Assembly (NCBI RefSeq): GCF_041146345.1
Contig: NW_027191405.1
Coordinates: 1,302,001-1,366,000, forward strand
DNA: 64,000 nucleotides
Origin: Neodothiora populina
Taxonomy: Eukaryota
Direction: 5' to 3'
Shown here: piece after piece, positions 47,848 to 60,755 of the stretch
Position numbering within the stretch: position 1 is the first letter of the stretch
How the letters are laid out: each line of letters starts with the position of its first letter
Program-made: the position numbers and the translations under genes
The notes under the pieces: generated by a model
What the model saw: the letters and a program-made list of their open reading frames with translations, nothing else
Databases searched by the model: none
What the model was told of the DNA's origin: nothing

Positions 47848-50800
47848 ATGAACAATTACCCTTCCTACTCGAGGCCGAACGGAGGTAGATGGGTTTGGAG
47901 AGATGAGAATGTTAGCACCACTCCATACGGATATGCGAAAACAGTCCAGTCGTCAGGCACACATGATTACTCACAAGGGCCTCCGTATGGACAACGACAA
48001 CCACCGCCGCCACAACCCCAAGTATTGTCATCGACAGGTCTGACATCAAAGAAACCACTCTTTCCAGTTGTTCCGTTGTAGCCTAATGACATTATCAGAA
48101 TATCCTTATCGACCAACAGATGGACCTTATCCTTACGGGGTGCCGCCGCGCCCTCTTGCTCTGCCCGAATATGGATATTTGCCAATCGCAAATTTCAGAC
48201 GTCATCACCAGTATCCACAGTCACGGCCTCGCGAGGCAGGGTCCAGGAGGCAAGCGACTGCAGCGAAGGGCCCTAGAAGTCGTTCTCATCGCGATGCAAC
48301 GAATGTAGATCCCGGCGGCCCGAGTATAGCAGCAATGTCTGGTCCACCCCATAATTCGTACGACTCATTAACGCCTTCTGTTACATCGTCCTCGGAACAG
48401 ACAAAGGAACAGAACCATAAAGCAGGAGTTCGACGAGGTAAAGACAAAGAGCGGATACAAAAGGATACCAGCGCCAAGTCTACTAAGAATTCCCAAGCAA
48501 GGAACAAATTTAAAAGTGACACGAGTCTCGAATTCGCAAAGATATATGCCGAGATAGAAGAGATAAAGAAAAGCATCAATCAATACATTGGACATAGGTC
48601 CCGTCAACGTAGCAATCCGGCTATAGATTCGGTAAATGTTGAGCAACGCAATTGTGTTAGTGGAGAAGAGAAGAGCCTCGGAAATAACGCGCAGGCAGCT
48701 TTGGATTCCAAACGAGACAGCGGTCAGAGCAACGATCCAAAGATAGTCCCAGCATATGTTAAGGATGACGATAGTGGTGAACAAAATTGGAGTGTTGCCC
48801 AATCTAGCGATCCAGATACAGTTCTAGAAATTGTTAAGGAACATCCTAGTGGTGACGAAGTTGCCGATGACACCAAGGCTGCTAACACCGAGGTGACTTC
48901 TGAGTCAGATCAGTCCAAGACAACTCGCGTCAAATTCTCGCATGATCGCCTGAAAAAGAAAACGAGGAAAAAGGATAGAGGTATCATCGAGCCAAAAATC
49001 CAGGTGTCCCCGGCTATGGTCCGCGAACGGGGAGAAGGATCTTTACCCAAGGCACCAAGTCCTACAGGGCTAAAACTCAGTCCAGCACCTGGATTGCTTG
49101 AGGTGTTCACCGATAACTTGCTCCACCATCTACCCGAGATCAAGTGTCGCCCCATGGGCACTAATGAGTTATTCTTCGATCACTGCAATACACTGTTAGA
49201 GCAATTCTCCTCGGAAGTCGCTCAAGATGCTGCTCTGGGGTCGGAAGAGAAACATACCTCTAGCATAATTGGACATTTCAAGACCGCAATCGCACAAAAG
49301 ATCGAAACAATGTTGACAAGACGGGAGGCAACAAGCGTCGAGGCGGAGGCCCCTTCGCTGGCATTTCGTGCCAAGAAGGCCCGACCCCCCATGACCCATG
49401 TAGCAAGCAGCTCAGTAGATAGCGATGCTGCTGCCTCTGAAGAATGGAGTGATGCAGACTTGTCAGCACAGAAGGACGAGAATCTCGATTCAGAAAGCGA
49501 GGCAAAGACGGCTGGTTTTGTAGGTACGCTCACATATCTGACAGATCATGCTGCCTGGGAAAAGCTAGTCGCTGGTCTTGCGAAAGGTATTAGACGCTTT
49601 TATGGAGATCAAATGGCATCAATCAAGGGTCTAGTTCTAGACAGTGCCCAGGAGCAAGCTCGAGAGAAACACTCGCATGAGGATAACATCGAAGCAATTT
49701 TTCGGATCGAATGGGATGTTGGGTCATTCCTACTCGAATTCTATGAAAAAGGTCTCGAACAGCAGCTTGGGCAGGTACTGACGATCACAGGGGACAGCTC
49801 GGAAGCGCAAATGACCACAGCAGAAACGTACATCAACCAGGTCTGGCCTCTGTATTCGGATAATCTTTTGCTTGCGTTCCAGGATGCTATTGTTACCTTT
49901 CGCAATGAAGTGACACAGGGTGGCATAATGATTAATGCTGGATCAGACGCAGACATAAGCGATGTTAAACCCGCTAATGATTTGCAAGTCGACATCCGAG
50001 GGGCGCGCGTGCTCGTTCGAGGCCCAAAGTCGTTTGTTATAGCAGTGGCACAACAGCTTACGTGGCTTGGAGGTGCGCTCAGGGCAGCTGATGAAGGGTT
50101 GTCATGGTGTGACCCAGATTTCAAACGGAGCGAAAGCACAGAAGGCAAAAGATCCTCGAAAACATTCGAGATAGGTTACAATGTAGAGAGTGTATCGGCA
50201 GAAGCTCCAAATGGATGTTGGACTGCGCTGATTAGAAACACTGTTCTTATCACCGGATTTCCTATTCAGCCACGAACACGTTCAGAAAAGGGCCTTCAGC
50301 TGCCACTCAATATCATGGCCAGTCTTGGTGGAGTGGTCCTTGCAATGAAACATGCTGGTGGCTAAATTCTCAAGAGCCGCGAGATGGCCTTTGTGCCTGT
50401 GGAACGCTCGGAAGATTCTGTACAATGGCATTTGGTTGGAAAGGCTGGAGGGTTGCGATTTCGCGATGTCGAGAGGAATTGTCCGGTGCGCCTGTCACTT
50501 GAGGAACTTGACGAAGACGCGCTAAATGCAACGACGGCATTCTTGGGATGGAATCCCGATGTCCTCAACAAAATGGGTACGTAGTCCTGTGGCTAGGTCG
50601 CATGTGTTTGGAATGCTCACTTATGATCAGCGACAAGATCGGTGGAATATCCTCATATCACTTATGGCTCGGCAAAAAAGCCTAGCTCTGATCTCATAAG
50701 GATCACCGGCGGCAGTCTAGGGTTCTCGAAGATTATGACTGCGAATCTTAATTTTGCGATTGGTTCACACAACTCCATTGTCTACCAGTCCCAATCCGGT

Positions 50801-51925
50801 TGGTTTCAGGATACTCTCGAAGATGCAAAGAAGATACATATTGTCCTGATGGACACAGAGACCAGAAGGTCCTGGCACCTTGATGCAGAACGACTGATCT
50901 TGCAGGTCATCCTTCATCGATACATGCGAGGTAATCTTGGACCAGGGATTGAGATTGATTTTGCCGACCCCAGAGACTTCAATTCTGTACGTAGAGCTAT
51001 GTTGCAGAACGCCGGACGCGTGGTAAGACAAGACTTCATGAAAGGGCAGTCAGAGAAACAGGATTATCGCTTCGCGGATATGGTGCAACAATTGTATGCC
51101 ATCATCGCAGCTCTTCGTGAGAAGGTCGAAAGCCTCGGTAAAGGGTGGTCAAAACTTCGCATGTCAGTAAGGAAGAGGATGCTAATGGGTAAAATGGTCC
51201 AAGGTTGGCAGTACATGGATCTCGTTGAAGATAGGCACGAGTTACGGATGGGCGAGAGAAAACTGCATGCCGGATGTGGAAATTGGCCCGAGCTCATGCG
51301 AGCACATGATGCAATTGTCCTGTTCGTCAATGGATTGAAAGACGCGTTCTGGTCAGCAGGACAAAGTTGTCACCGTTATGCCACCGTGCCAGCTCACAAT
51401 GATTATTTGGCCATCATGGTGCCTGCATTGCAACAGTTCTACTACGAGCAAGGCTTTATCGATCAGACCAAGTCAATATCTAGAAATCGGATGCAATGGT
51501 TCCGTGCTGGAGATCTATTCCAGATATGCCCTTGCATGACTGGTCGTGACTACAGCGCTTGCAAGTGTGAGCGCGTGCAAGAGCTGCATTTTGGAAATCT
51601 CAAGCCGAGAGAGTGCGTCGGACTGCAAGACATTGATGGAGAAGAAGCGGGAGCCGTCATATTTGGCTCTGCTAAGCCTCCTGCTTTGCCTATGATGAAC
51701 GGCCATGGCGGTTCATATGAACAGAGAGGAAGAGGTGGAAGTTCGTGGATGAGCAGGATGAAGACTCAACACACCCTGAGAACACCTCACCCGGATATGA
51801 AGCGTGGCTGGAAGGACCTGCATAGAGACACGATGCAACGCGAAGGGTACTCTAGATGGAGTACGACTGAGGAGACATTGCAAGATGAAGAGGACGATGA
51901 GCTTTATCATACAGCGCCGTCGTAA
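47848..51925 (+). pseudogene. Large hypothetical protein gene interrupted by one in-frame TAA (50363-50365)
   Basis: ORFs 48068-50365 and 50384-50584 are in the same frame (..MKHAGG*ILKSREMAFVPV..). Intron 50577-50630 (GTACGT..CTCAC..CAG) joins them to the 50642-51925 ORF. The first exon and start are uncertain. Globular motifs: AQQLTWLGGALR, CWTALIRNTVLITGFPIQPR, SVQWHL, FLGW, VLMDTETRRSW, VPAHNDYLA. Confidence 0.6.
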
Positions 51926-51952
51926 GCTTAGCGAATCTCACGGAGGTATAAC

Positions 51953-54900
51953 TCAACCCGAAAGTTCATCATCGTCGTTCCAGCCCAAAGTGTCATAGAT
52001 GTTTGTGGTGTTCGGAATTACGCTCTGATCAGGACCTGCTTCGAAGCAGAAAACCTTGCCTTTGCCCTCACGAAAATCGGTGTTCGAGAAAACGGATGAA
52101 CCATGCTGGTCTCCCCGCTTGGAGCTGTAGGATCTGCTGGGTGTTATTTGGGCGACAAAGGTCCTGGAAGGTTTACTGGGAGTCTGGAAGATAGGCAAGC
52201 CTTCGTCATCATCATCCTCATCGTCGACGTTGTCAACGCTATGCTTAGTCCCGTGCATAGAAAATTTGCCACCGGTGCTGCTAAGCGCTCGCAGGTTTGT
52301 AGGCGAGTCGTCACCGCTGATTTGATCAGCGTCGGAGTCGTTTCGAGTCATCTCGACAGGTTTGCTCGGCGTGAGCTCGTAGCGTACGACACGTTGGCGA
52401 CGGCCGGTGGCAGGAACGAGTGTGTCTTCCTCAACCTCGGCGTATGCGGCATGCGGCTGTGTGCAAGGGCGAGAAGGGGAAGAGGGTTCCAACAATGCAG
52501 GGGGCGGCCTTATAGCACTGCTTGGGATACAAGCGGGACCAGATGACGGGAGTACAGGGTTAGGATAGCTTGGTTGCGTAAAGCTGGGCGCGGCAATGCG
52601 GTGAGGAGTAGCTGCAATGGAGCGGTCAATTTTGTGACCATCCCTTGGTGTTGCCGCAACGTGTATCTGTGAGTTTGCTTGGTTCTTGCTCTTGTCGTCA
52701 CTCTTGCTGCGAGTGCGTTGAATGCCTGCTCGAGCTCGAGCATTCGCCATGAGCCTCCTCTGCTCGGCAACATCGGCAATTTCTTTGTTGGCTGCCAAGC
52801 GATTGGGCCTCTTGAGCGTCGATATAGCATCTCTGAGTTTTCCCTCTACTTCAGCGCGCTTCTTTGTTTTGGCTTCATTGGCGGCGGACAGTGCAGTAAA
52901 GTCGACTTCGCGGGCACGCAACTGTTGAACGCCACTCGGGCGACGAGACTGAGGAGCATTGGACGACTGGCTGTCTCGACGGTAAGAGGTAATGGAGGAA
53001 AGAGAGGGCGTGGCTGATGGCTCGCGCTTGATGAGATTGGACAATGCTTGGGGGTCGGTGGACGAGCGCGAGAGTACGGAAGGCAAACGTCCACCCAAAG
53101 AGGCATTGGCGGCTGTCTCGGTGGCGACGCGGTGGAGCGGTTTCTTGGCCTTCTTCGTACTGATGCTCGTTCTTGATGCTTTGTTTGTGCTTGAAGTGGC
53201 AGCACCAGTGGCAGCAGTGGCCGAAGAAGGGCCACCCAGCTTCTTGTTGACATTGGCAGCATGGACAGGGATACGTGAGAGGTAAAAAGGAATGATGACT
53301 TCGACACAGAAATTGCGAAGCTCATCCGGGCTTCCATCTTTGACTTTGTCTGGTTTGCTGTTTTCCTCTACGGAATCCAAGGAATGCCAAATGGATAATT
53401 TGTCCAGGAGCAGCTCCAGCAGCACCACAAGATCGTTGCTTTTCTTCACTTTCTTCTTGCCGGCCTTGGCTGTCTGTGAGTCCTCTAGCTGGGGCTGCGT
53501 CGATGATTGGGCTTCAGCGGTCATCACGGCTTGACTCATTTCAGGCGTTGCCTCCAAGCTCAACACTTCAAGGACGAGGACGAGCTGCATGAAGGTTTCC
53601 CTCGTTCTGAGCCGGGCGCCCCTGCGTCCGAGAGATTGCTCGGCCGTCTCATCGACAGGAGCACTAGCCTCGTCGCCATTCCACCACTTTGCGAAATGCT
53701 CTTCTTCATCAGGCAACAGGCCGTACTTGTCAGGCTTGCATCTCTTCTTCCGTTTCTTCTTCTCTTTGCTCTTTGATCGGGAGCTGACGTCCTCGATCGC
53801 TGCATCTCGTGGCGACAGTCCCTTCAGCATCTCTGGCAGTTTGTCTCGGTACTTCTTGTCCGCCACTGAAGATGAATGGACCATGCCACGGAGAAAGTCG
53901 ACCAGGTCAGAGAGCGTCGCCGAGTCGACTTGAGCCGAGGTGAAGGCAGCCCGTGCACGAGACACAGGGCCTTTGGCGAAAAAGGCAAGGGGAGTCCGGG
54001 ATAAATAGAGCGTATCGAGGTATTGACTGATGAAGCGTGTGAAGACATCTTCAGCTGATGTCACGGCTGGCTCAGCGTTGGCAAGCGGTCCTTCTGTCAC
54101 AACGAGAGCAGCATCGTCCTTTGCATCATCCGGTGATGTGTTTGGAAGTTTGTCAACTGACGAGAATGGCGGTGGATGCATGTGAAGCCGTGGAGCCTTT
54201 CTCGATGGGAGACGGTGGGATAATGATGTGGGCGATGAGGACTTGGGGGCAATCGAGACGGATCTCGATGCAAGGCAATTCTGCCACCACTCCGTAGCCC
54301 TGCCATTTTGCTCCATCTGCCCACCATATGCATCCATGTAACCGCCAATGTAATCGCCATTCTCGCCGCTCTTGCTGGTCCCGGTTGAGCTGCATGCTCT
54401 GAGCCTGTTCAATGTCACCCTCTTACAGATCTTGCACATAACATAGCCCTCTCCTTTGAATCGCTCCACTGCGAAGAAGGGGCCGTCTGGTTCTCCATCC
54501 TGGTGCACGATGAGGATAGCCTGATTGTGACCAGAAGGCAGAAGCGGAGTACGAGAGGTGAAGAGTCGTTGCGGTGTGCTAAACGTGTCTAAGAATGTCA
54601 GGGGTAAATGAGTACGCGGAAGACACAGTAGACTGTGGAATGTCTGCTTCTCCACATGGTCAGATAATGATGATGAGGAGAGGGCCGTCTGCTGGCGGTC
54701 AGAATTAGCAGATGTCTGAAAGGAAGCATTCCACACTTTTGCATACTGTGATAATAAAAGTGCGCGGGAAGCTGCTTTCCGAGTAAGGCAGGGGCGTGTC
54801 CAGCACGGAAGGTGCGATTTCTGAATATTTCCTCTTCCTCAACATTTGTCCAGACGATGACGACAGTGAGGACGACTTGGCTTTGTCACCGGATATATTC

Positions 54901-54959
54901 AGTCTCTGGCTCTGGCTCTGGCTCGGACTCGACGGAGGCGCATGATTAAGAATGACCAT
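51953..54959 (-). CDS. SLD3: DNA replication regulator Sld3
   Basis: Exon 1 54959-54747, then an intron from 54746 (GTATGC) to a CAGCAG acceptor near 54690, then the long ORF. Sld3 core QYLDTLYLSRTPLAFFAKGPVSRAR, LRTRETFMQLVLVLEVLSLE, LLDKLSIW, FCVEVIIPFY; many S/T-P CDK sites in the C-terminus. Confidence 0.85.
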
Positions 54960-56033
54960 AATGATACGTGAAGTACCTAAATGTTAGAGGCAGGTCATGT
55001 CGTGACGCGTAGCAATATACATCATCTCTACGTGTGGTGACTCGGAAAAGCAAACAGCACTTCGTACCGCCTGAAGTAGTGCTACAGTAGAGACCTCAAC
55101 GTAACATGTACGCAGTGTGGTGTGTGTAGGGTATCCTAGGTAGACAAGCCAGATGCAATATGTACGTTATGATGATGACTCGCCGGCACCTAATGTGTGG
55201 GGAAGAAGTGCTGAGGTACTGTAAATCCGAATAATCCACTTTTCCGCCGGACAAATACCTTTGTACAAGTGCAAGAGTACGACAGTGACAGGGCTACGGT
55301 ACCTGCATTCCTTGTGTCAGCCCAAGGATGGTCGTGCAAGGCAATGTATAAGCTAGATAGTAGCGTCCAGCGCCGTGTATAGGCCGAACAGGCTACCGGG
55401 GAAGTAGGGTATACAGACTGCTGTTCCGCCTCAAAATCGATTCGAATCGTGTGTTTCGAGTGTCTGAGTCTTGTGCATGCGCCTCATCCCCCGCATTGCT
55501 GGCGCCTCTACCGGGAGTAGCCCACCCCCCTTCTGTGTTCCCAGAATCACCACCCCAGCTCTCCCCACTTGTAATCATCCGATCACTCCGGCATCTCACT
55601 ACGCGCTAATCCAATTATCCTCGGCCATTGACACCTTGGTTGCCATTAGCCTGGTCATATGCGTTGTGCCTGTGTGTCTGCCCTGCTTGTCTCCTACTTG
55701 AGGTGTGTATCACGGTCCAGACGTCATCCTTAGACAAACAATACGACAGAGCCTCAACTCTCTCATCCTTCCCCAAGTCCCCTCTACGCCCTTCCTTGGG
55801 ATACATCTGGACCAAGTATTATTGCCTTAGCTAGCCTCTGCCTCGTCACCCCCTCTCACCCAACGTTGAAGCCATTACATTAGTACTTTGAAGAGCCCAT
55901 ATCCAGTGTCAATTCCAGCTCCTCAGCATCCACCTCAATTCTGGATCCTGACTTTACTCATGCTTCGTGATTCCAACAATCCTATTGATACTCAGATAAA
56001 ATACTCATACTTCCAACACGACTCGCATCCAAC

Positions 56034-56801
56034 ATGATCCTGGCTCGTTCAGACGATCATCCAGATACACTTCAGCCCGCTCTGTTTCGCTTACCACTTG
56101 AGCTACGCCAAGAGATTTACTCCTACCTCTGTCCTCCAGAGCCATTGGCTTACCCTATACCGTCACTAAATATCATCTCTGTTTCTCATCAACCACCTCC
56201 GGCGGCCGTTCTTGTCGTCAATTCCTGGCTCACTGCCGATATACAAGCTTACTATCTTCACATTGCCACATGGAAGTTCATCGTCAGCCATGCTTTCAAT
56301 TACTACCGTGTTGATCCGCATCTGTCGAATCTGGCCGATTCACACATCATCAATCAGCTCCAGAAGATAGAGCTTGTTCTGTTCTTTGATGGCTCTTTAC
56401 TGAGGAGTTATCCATCTTTCGGTATCGAGGAGATGTATGATCAAGTCAAGAGCCGTGCCACCCGTTTCTGCCAGATTTTGGCTACTGCGCCCGACCTCGA
56501 ACACGTCAAGGTCAGCTGGATCGACACAACGACTGGCGGCGGTAGCTACAGCAGCTGGGAAGAAAAGGCATCTATCCTCGAACCCCTGGCTCTCCTGAAG
56601 GACAAGGTCACATTCTCCCCAGGAGATATGGAATGGCCTGCTGCGCCTGATCCCGTTGATTTCAGATTTGCTGTCAGAGAAATTCTCCAAGACCCCCCAC
56701 ATGCACGACGGTCAGGCCACTGGATCCATGCTCATGCCCATTCATCATCCTTCCAAAATATCGTTCCTACCGTCGGAGCTTTGTCCGAGGTCGTTGTCTG
56801 A
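56034..56801 (+). CDS. Hypothetical protein with N-terminal F-box-like motif
   Basis: 255-aa intronless ORF; LFRLPLELRQEIYSYL near the N-terminus. Confidence 0.75.
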   Translation: MILARSDDHPDTLQPALFRLPLELRQEIYSYLCPPEPLAYPIPSLNIISVSHQPPPAAVLVVNSWLTADIQAYYLHIATWKFIVSHAFNYYRVDPHLSNLADSHIINQLQKIELVLFFDGSLLRSYPSFGIEEMYDQVKSRATRFCQILATAPDLEHVKVSWIDTTTGGGSYSSWEEKASILEPLALLKDKVTFSPGDMEWPAAPDPVDFRFAVREILQDPPHARRSGHWIHAHAHSSSFQNIVPTVGALSEVVV

Positions 56802-57349
56802 TCTTGACGCTATCTGATTGACGACACATTCTCGACACCCATCTCCTAACATTGGGTGAAAGCATCGAGCCGATCTTGATTACTGCGGTGTCTGTCAGAT
56901 GTCGAAAAACTGCGTCTACGCCCAGCTTTATGAGTATGGACTTGTGCCACGCGGATTGCCTAATCGGGAAGTACCGGGGTACCTGACCATCTCTAGCTTT
57001 TACCCCTCATCCTCTTCCCCTCACGCCAGAACTAGGATCCGATACCTCTCATGGACAGCCTCATGCGCATGGAGATGGCGCGAGGGACTGGGTCATTCCA
57101 TTTGACAGCTCCCTGCAGACCATACCTTGGTTGACTGCTAAGTGGGGTAGCTCGTCATCATGTTTAAGACCTTGTTTGTCGCTTTCCCTATATCATTATC
57201 TGAGCCTCATGAAACTCCTGCGTTGTTTCTGCAAAGCATCACACTCACGCTACGAATCACGACTTGAAATGTATTGATAGTTCTCTGTATACCAGATTGC
57301 TTAAACTGCTTCCGAACCTTGTGGATCTCACAGAGACAAGTCGAAGAGA

Positions 57350-59671
57350 ATGGCGAACAAACACTTTTTCCCGGACACTGCAGGTGTAGTTGTCCTGGGG
57401 CTTCAATCACTTGTTTCACGAAACCCTAACCACCTCGCCCTTGATGCCCCAAATAAAGTAGTCTTCTCTAGGGAACACCCTACTTCCAAGGTATCAGTCA
57501 TCTCAGGTGGTGGCAGTGGCCATGAACCCGCATGGGCAGGCTACGTGGGCTCTGGTATGCTTGCTGCGTCAGTCAGCGGCGATGTCTTTGCCAGTCCGTC
57601 TACGAAGCAAGTGATGGCTGCTATCGAGCATGTTCCTTCTGATGCCGGTGTCATTCTGTGTATCACAAACTACACCGGTGATAACTTGCACTTTGGCTTA
57701 GCCAGAGAGAAAGCGGTGCAGTTGGGGTATGAGAAGATTGGAATGTTGAGAATGACAGATGATGTTGGACTGGGAAGAAAGCAGACAACAAATTTGGGGA
57801 GAAGAGGTTTGGCTGGTAATATGTTTGGTGAGTATCCGCTCGTTTATGGCGATGAACTATGAATTCCTATCTCCATCGCTTCAATGTTGCCTGCGCTGGG
57901 CTGACTCGGAATTTTGACAGTCCTCAAGCTGTGCGGTGCAGCATCGGAGCTGGGATGGACCTTTGAGCAATGTATGCAACTAGGCCAATCTGTCAACGAC
58001 CAATGCGTGACAATAGGATCATCGCTGGACTACTGCCACATTCCTGGTCGAAAGCACCACGATACCCTACCGGTAGACACATACTCTATAGCTCAGGGTA
58101 TCCACAACGAGCCCGGCCTTAAGGAATCATCGCCGATCCCCCCGGCAGAGCAAATGATATCGGAGTTGCTGACCTACCTCTTGGATCCATCTGACACCGA
58201 CCGTGCGTTTGTCTCTTTCACCAACGGGCCCGCGTCCAATGGTCATACTCGGTCCAATGGCAACAGCAGCGTCAAGGGGCCTACTACAGCTCTGCTGATC
58301 AACAACTTCGGCGGGGTGTCAAACTTCGAACTCGAGGCTCTGACATCCATCACCTTGTCTCGTCTGTCAGAATCATGGTCTCTCGACCCTGCACGTGTGC
58401 TCGTCAGCGCATTTGAGACCAGTCTGAACGCTCCTGGATGGAGCGTATCGCTTCTCAACATCAGCGGTATCAGTGCTTCCACAGGAGTATCTGAGGAAGA
58501 CATTCTTGATCTACTTGACGCCGAGACGGTTGCTCCTGCTTGGCCGAGGAATGGCTACCGCACCGCCACACCCTTGGACACCACTAAGAAAGTCGAACAG
58601 AGCAGAAGTTACAATCGCCAGGATAACACTACCAGCCGAAACGGACATGCCACAAAAGCAGAGAAAAACGAGTTGCGGGCGGACCCCACTCTTTTGCACG
58701 ACATGTTGACAATAGCATGCAAGCGCACCCTAGAAGTTGAGCCTGATCTATCACGCTGGGATCAGATCATGGGCGACGGTGACTGCGGAGACGCCGTGTC
58801 CAACATCTGCAATAACATCCTCTCCGCACTAAAGCTCACTTCGACATCCACAGATTCTCTATGCCACACCCACTCCGGCGCCCTAATTCCAATCTTGACG
58901 GCCATAATCACAAGCATAGAAGACGTGGGCGGATCACTCGCCGCAATTCTATCAATCTATCTGACTTCTCTGACCTCTTCCCTGGCAACCATCCACACCC
59001 AAAAGCAAACCGGACTCAAGCAGCGCCGGCAACGCGAAAAGGAAAAGGCACGAGCGATCAAGGCCAAGAACCACAGCTCGCCCCTGAGCTGGGACAGCTA
59101 CGCATTCTGCTCGGCGCCAGGCACACCAGGAACCGCTACACCCATGTCAACGGACAGCGGAGCAGATGCCACGAGCAGTCTGAGCCAAGAAGTCTCCGAA
59201 GCCGCCACTCTGGCTCTGGAAAGACTGAAGGAATACACCGCTGCTCGCGTGGGTGGGCGCACAGTAATGGACACTTTGATCCCTTTCTGCAAGACTCTTT
59301 CCTCTTCCTCGTCGTCGTCAGGCGCGGCTCCAGCCGACGTCTTCACCGCCGCAGTCGCAGCCGCGGAACAAGGAGCCAAACACACGGAGGGCATGAAAGC
59401 CAGTTTTGGGCGAGCGGTATACGTAGGCGACAAGACGAGCGAAGAAGAAACTCAGCAACAGGAAACCATACCTATGGACCCTGGCGCTTGGGCACTAGCT
59501 GTTTTCCTCAAGGGCATGTTAGAGGGTTCATCATCATCCGGCCAGTCTACCACTGACCTCGCAGAAAGAGGCAAGGTCTCCAAAGAGACTACAAAGGCGG
59601 CAGCAGGCTTCGAAGACGAGCTAGAAGTCAAGATCGATTCGCCTGTGCTGTCCAAAGCTGGTTTTGCGTGA
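57350..59671 (+). CDS. Dihydroxyacetone kinase family (DhaK+DhaL fusion)
   Basis: Exons 57350-57827 and 57921-59671. SGGGSGHEP, VFASPS, NYTGD, GRRGLAG, GIHNEPG, GDGDCG, RTVMDTL, FGRAVY, DPGA. Confidence 0.92.
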
Positions 59672-60755
59672 GAGGTTCAGGCTGACTGTATGCCTTTGCC
59701 TCTACTGTTCACGTGATCGTCGTCTTCTACTTCTGCTTGCTTTATCCTTCCTCTGCGTCGATCAGCTGCCTTTCACCAAATCTGTATACACAAACACAAA
59801 AAGTCTTTCTCTCGAGAAGTGCATCGCCACTGTACTCGATCTTGCTTGACCTTCTTTCGCTCATCGCAATTTGAATCCGACACGCGAACAAATGTCATGT
59901 AGATGTACATGGATGAATGCCGAACCGTAACTGTACATGTAAGGTACCTCATGTACTTCGAGTTATCTGACTGGGGTCTTCGAATGTCATTCTGCGATCC
60001 TGTCCAGTCCATTCCACAAACGGCGCTCAGGTACCCTATCGTACAATACAGGGATCGGAGATTGAGATGACGAAAGCTCTCGAGGGAACATGTAGTCAGC
60101 ATGAACCGGCGAGATGAACGACTTCTTGTAGGTCACCTACTAGCTAAGACGAGCGGCCTACTAGGTCGTTCGCAAGTCTATTGTATATTTGTATAGCGTA
60201 TCGACGTTACCTTATTGTTGTTGATGTGGTGACAGATGAGCAATGTCCAAAGACGATGGGATAGTGAAGCTACGAAACAGTCATGATGATCAAGTCACTT
60301 GCGAAGTATTCATGTGTTGTGTAGAATGACATGTTTGATTTTCATAAGATAGTAAAAAAAAAAGTTGCGCAGTCACTCCTCATCCCGCATCCATAATGTA
60401 TGCGAAGTCCATTGACACTCACGTCTCGAAATCCCATGACCTTGTTCCAGTCATGTAAGAACGCCCCTCGTGGAAAAGAAAAAAAAGGCCTGGTCCCCCT
60501 AAATTTGTGGTATCTGTAAAGTTGAAGAAAGAAAGAAAAAAGTCGCTCTGAAAGTGAGTTTTCGGAGGAAGAAAATGGTTCCGTTTTGTCGTTAATTGGA
60601 GATTGGCTTCGAAGACAGCAAGCCACGTAAGTGATGCTGCATCGGCTTCTCAACCGAAAATGCGGGCGCTTTGCTCTGGCGAACAGTCAAGCTTTCGCGT
60701 GTCGATTCGTGGAGAAAGCAGCCGGTGTTGACAGCAGATCCCTTCGTCAAAGGAC

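Noticed and set aside
50320..50374. A small intron (branch-like GCTAAA, acceptor AAG) that would remove the premature TAA
   Set aside because: Available donors (GTCTTG, GTGGAG, GTGGTC, GTCCTT) are poor, and removal would delete residues that read as part of the domain. Not fully excluded without RNA-seq.
34175..59671. Gcy1-like reductase plus dihydroxyacetone kinase as a glycerol catabolism cluster
   Set aside because: They are 22 kb apart and separated by unrelated housekeeping genes; substrate specificity is not established.
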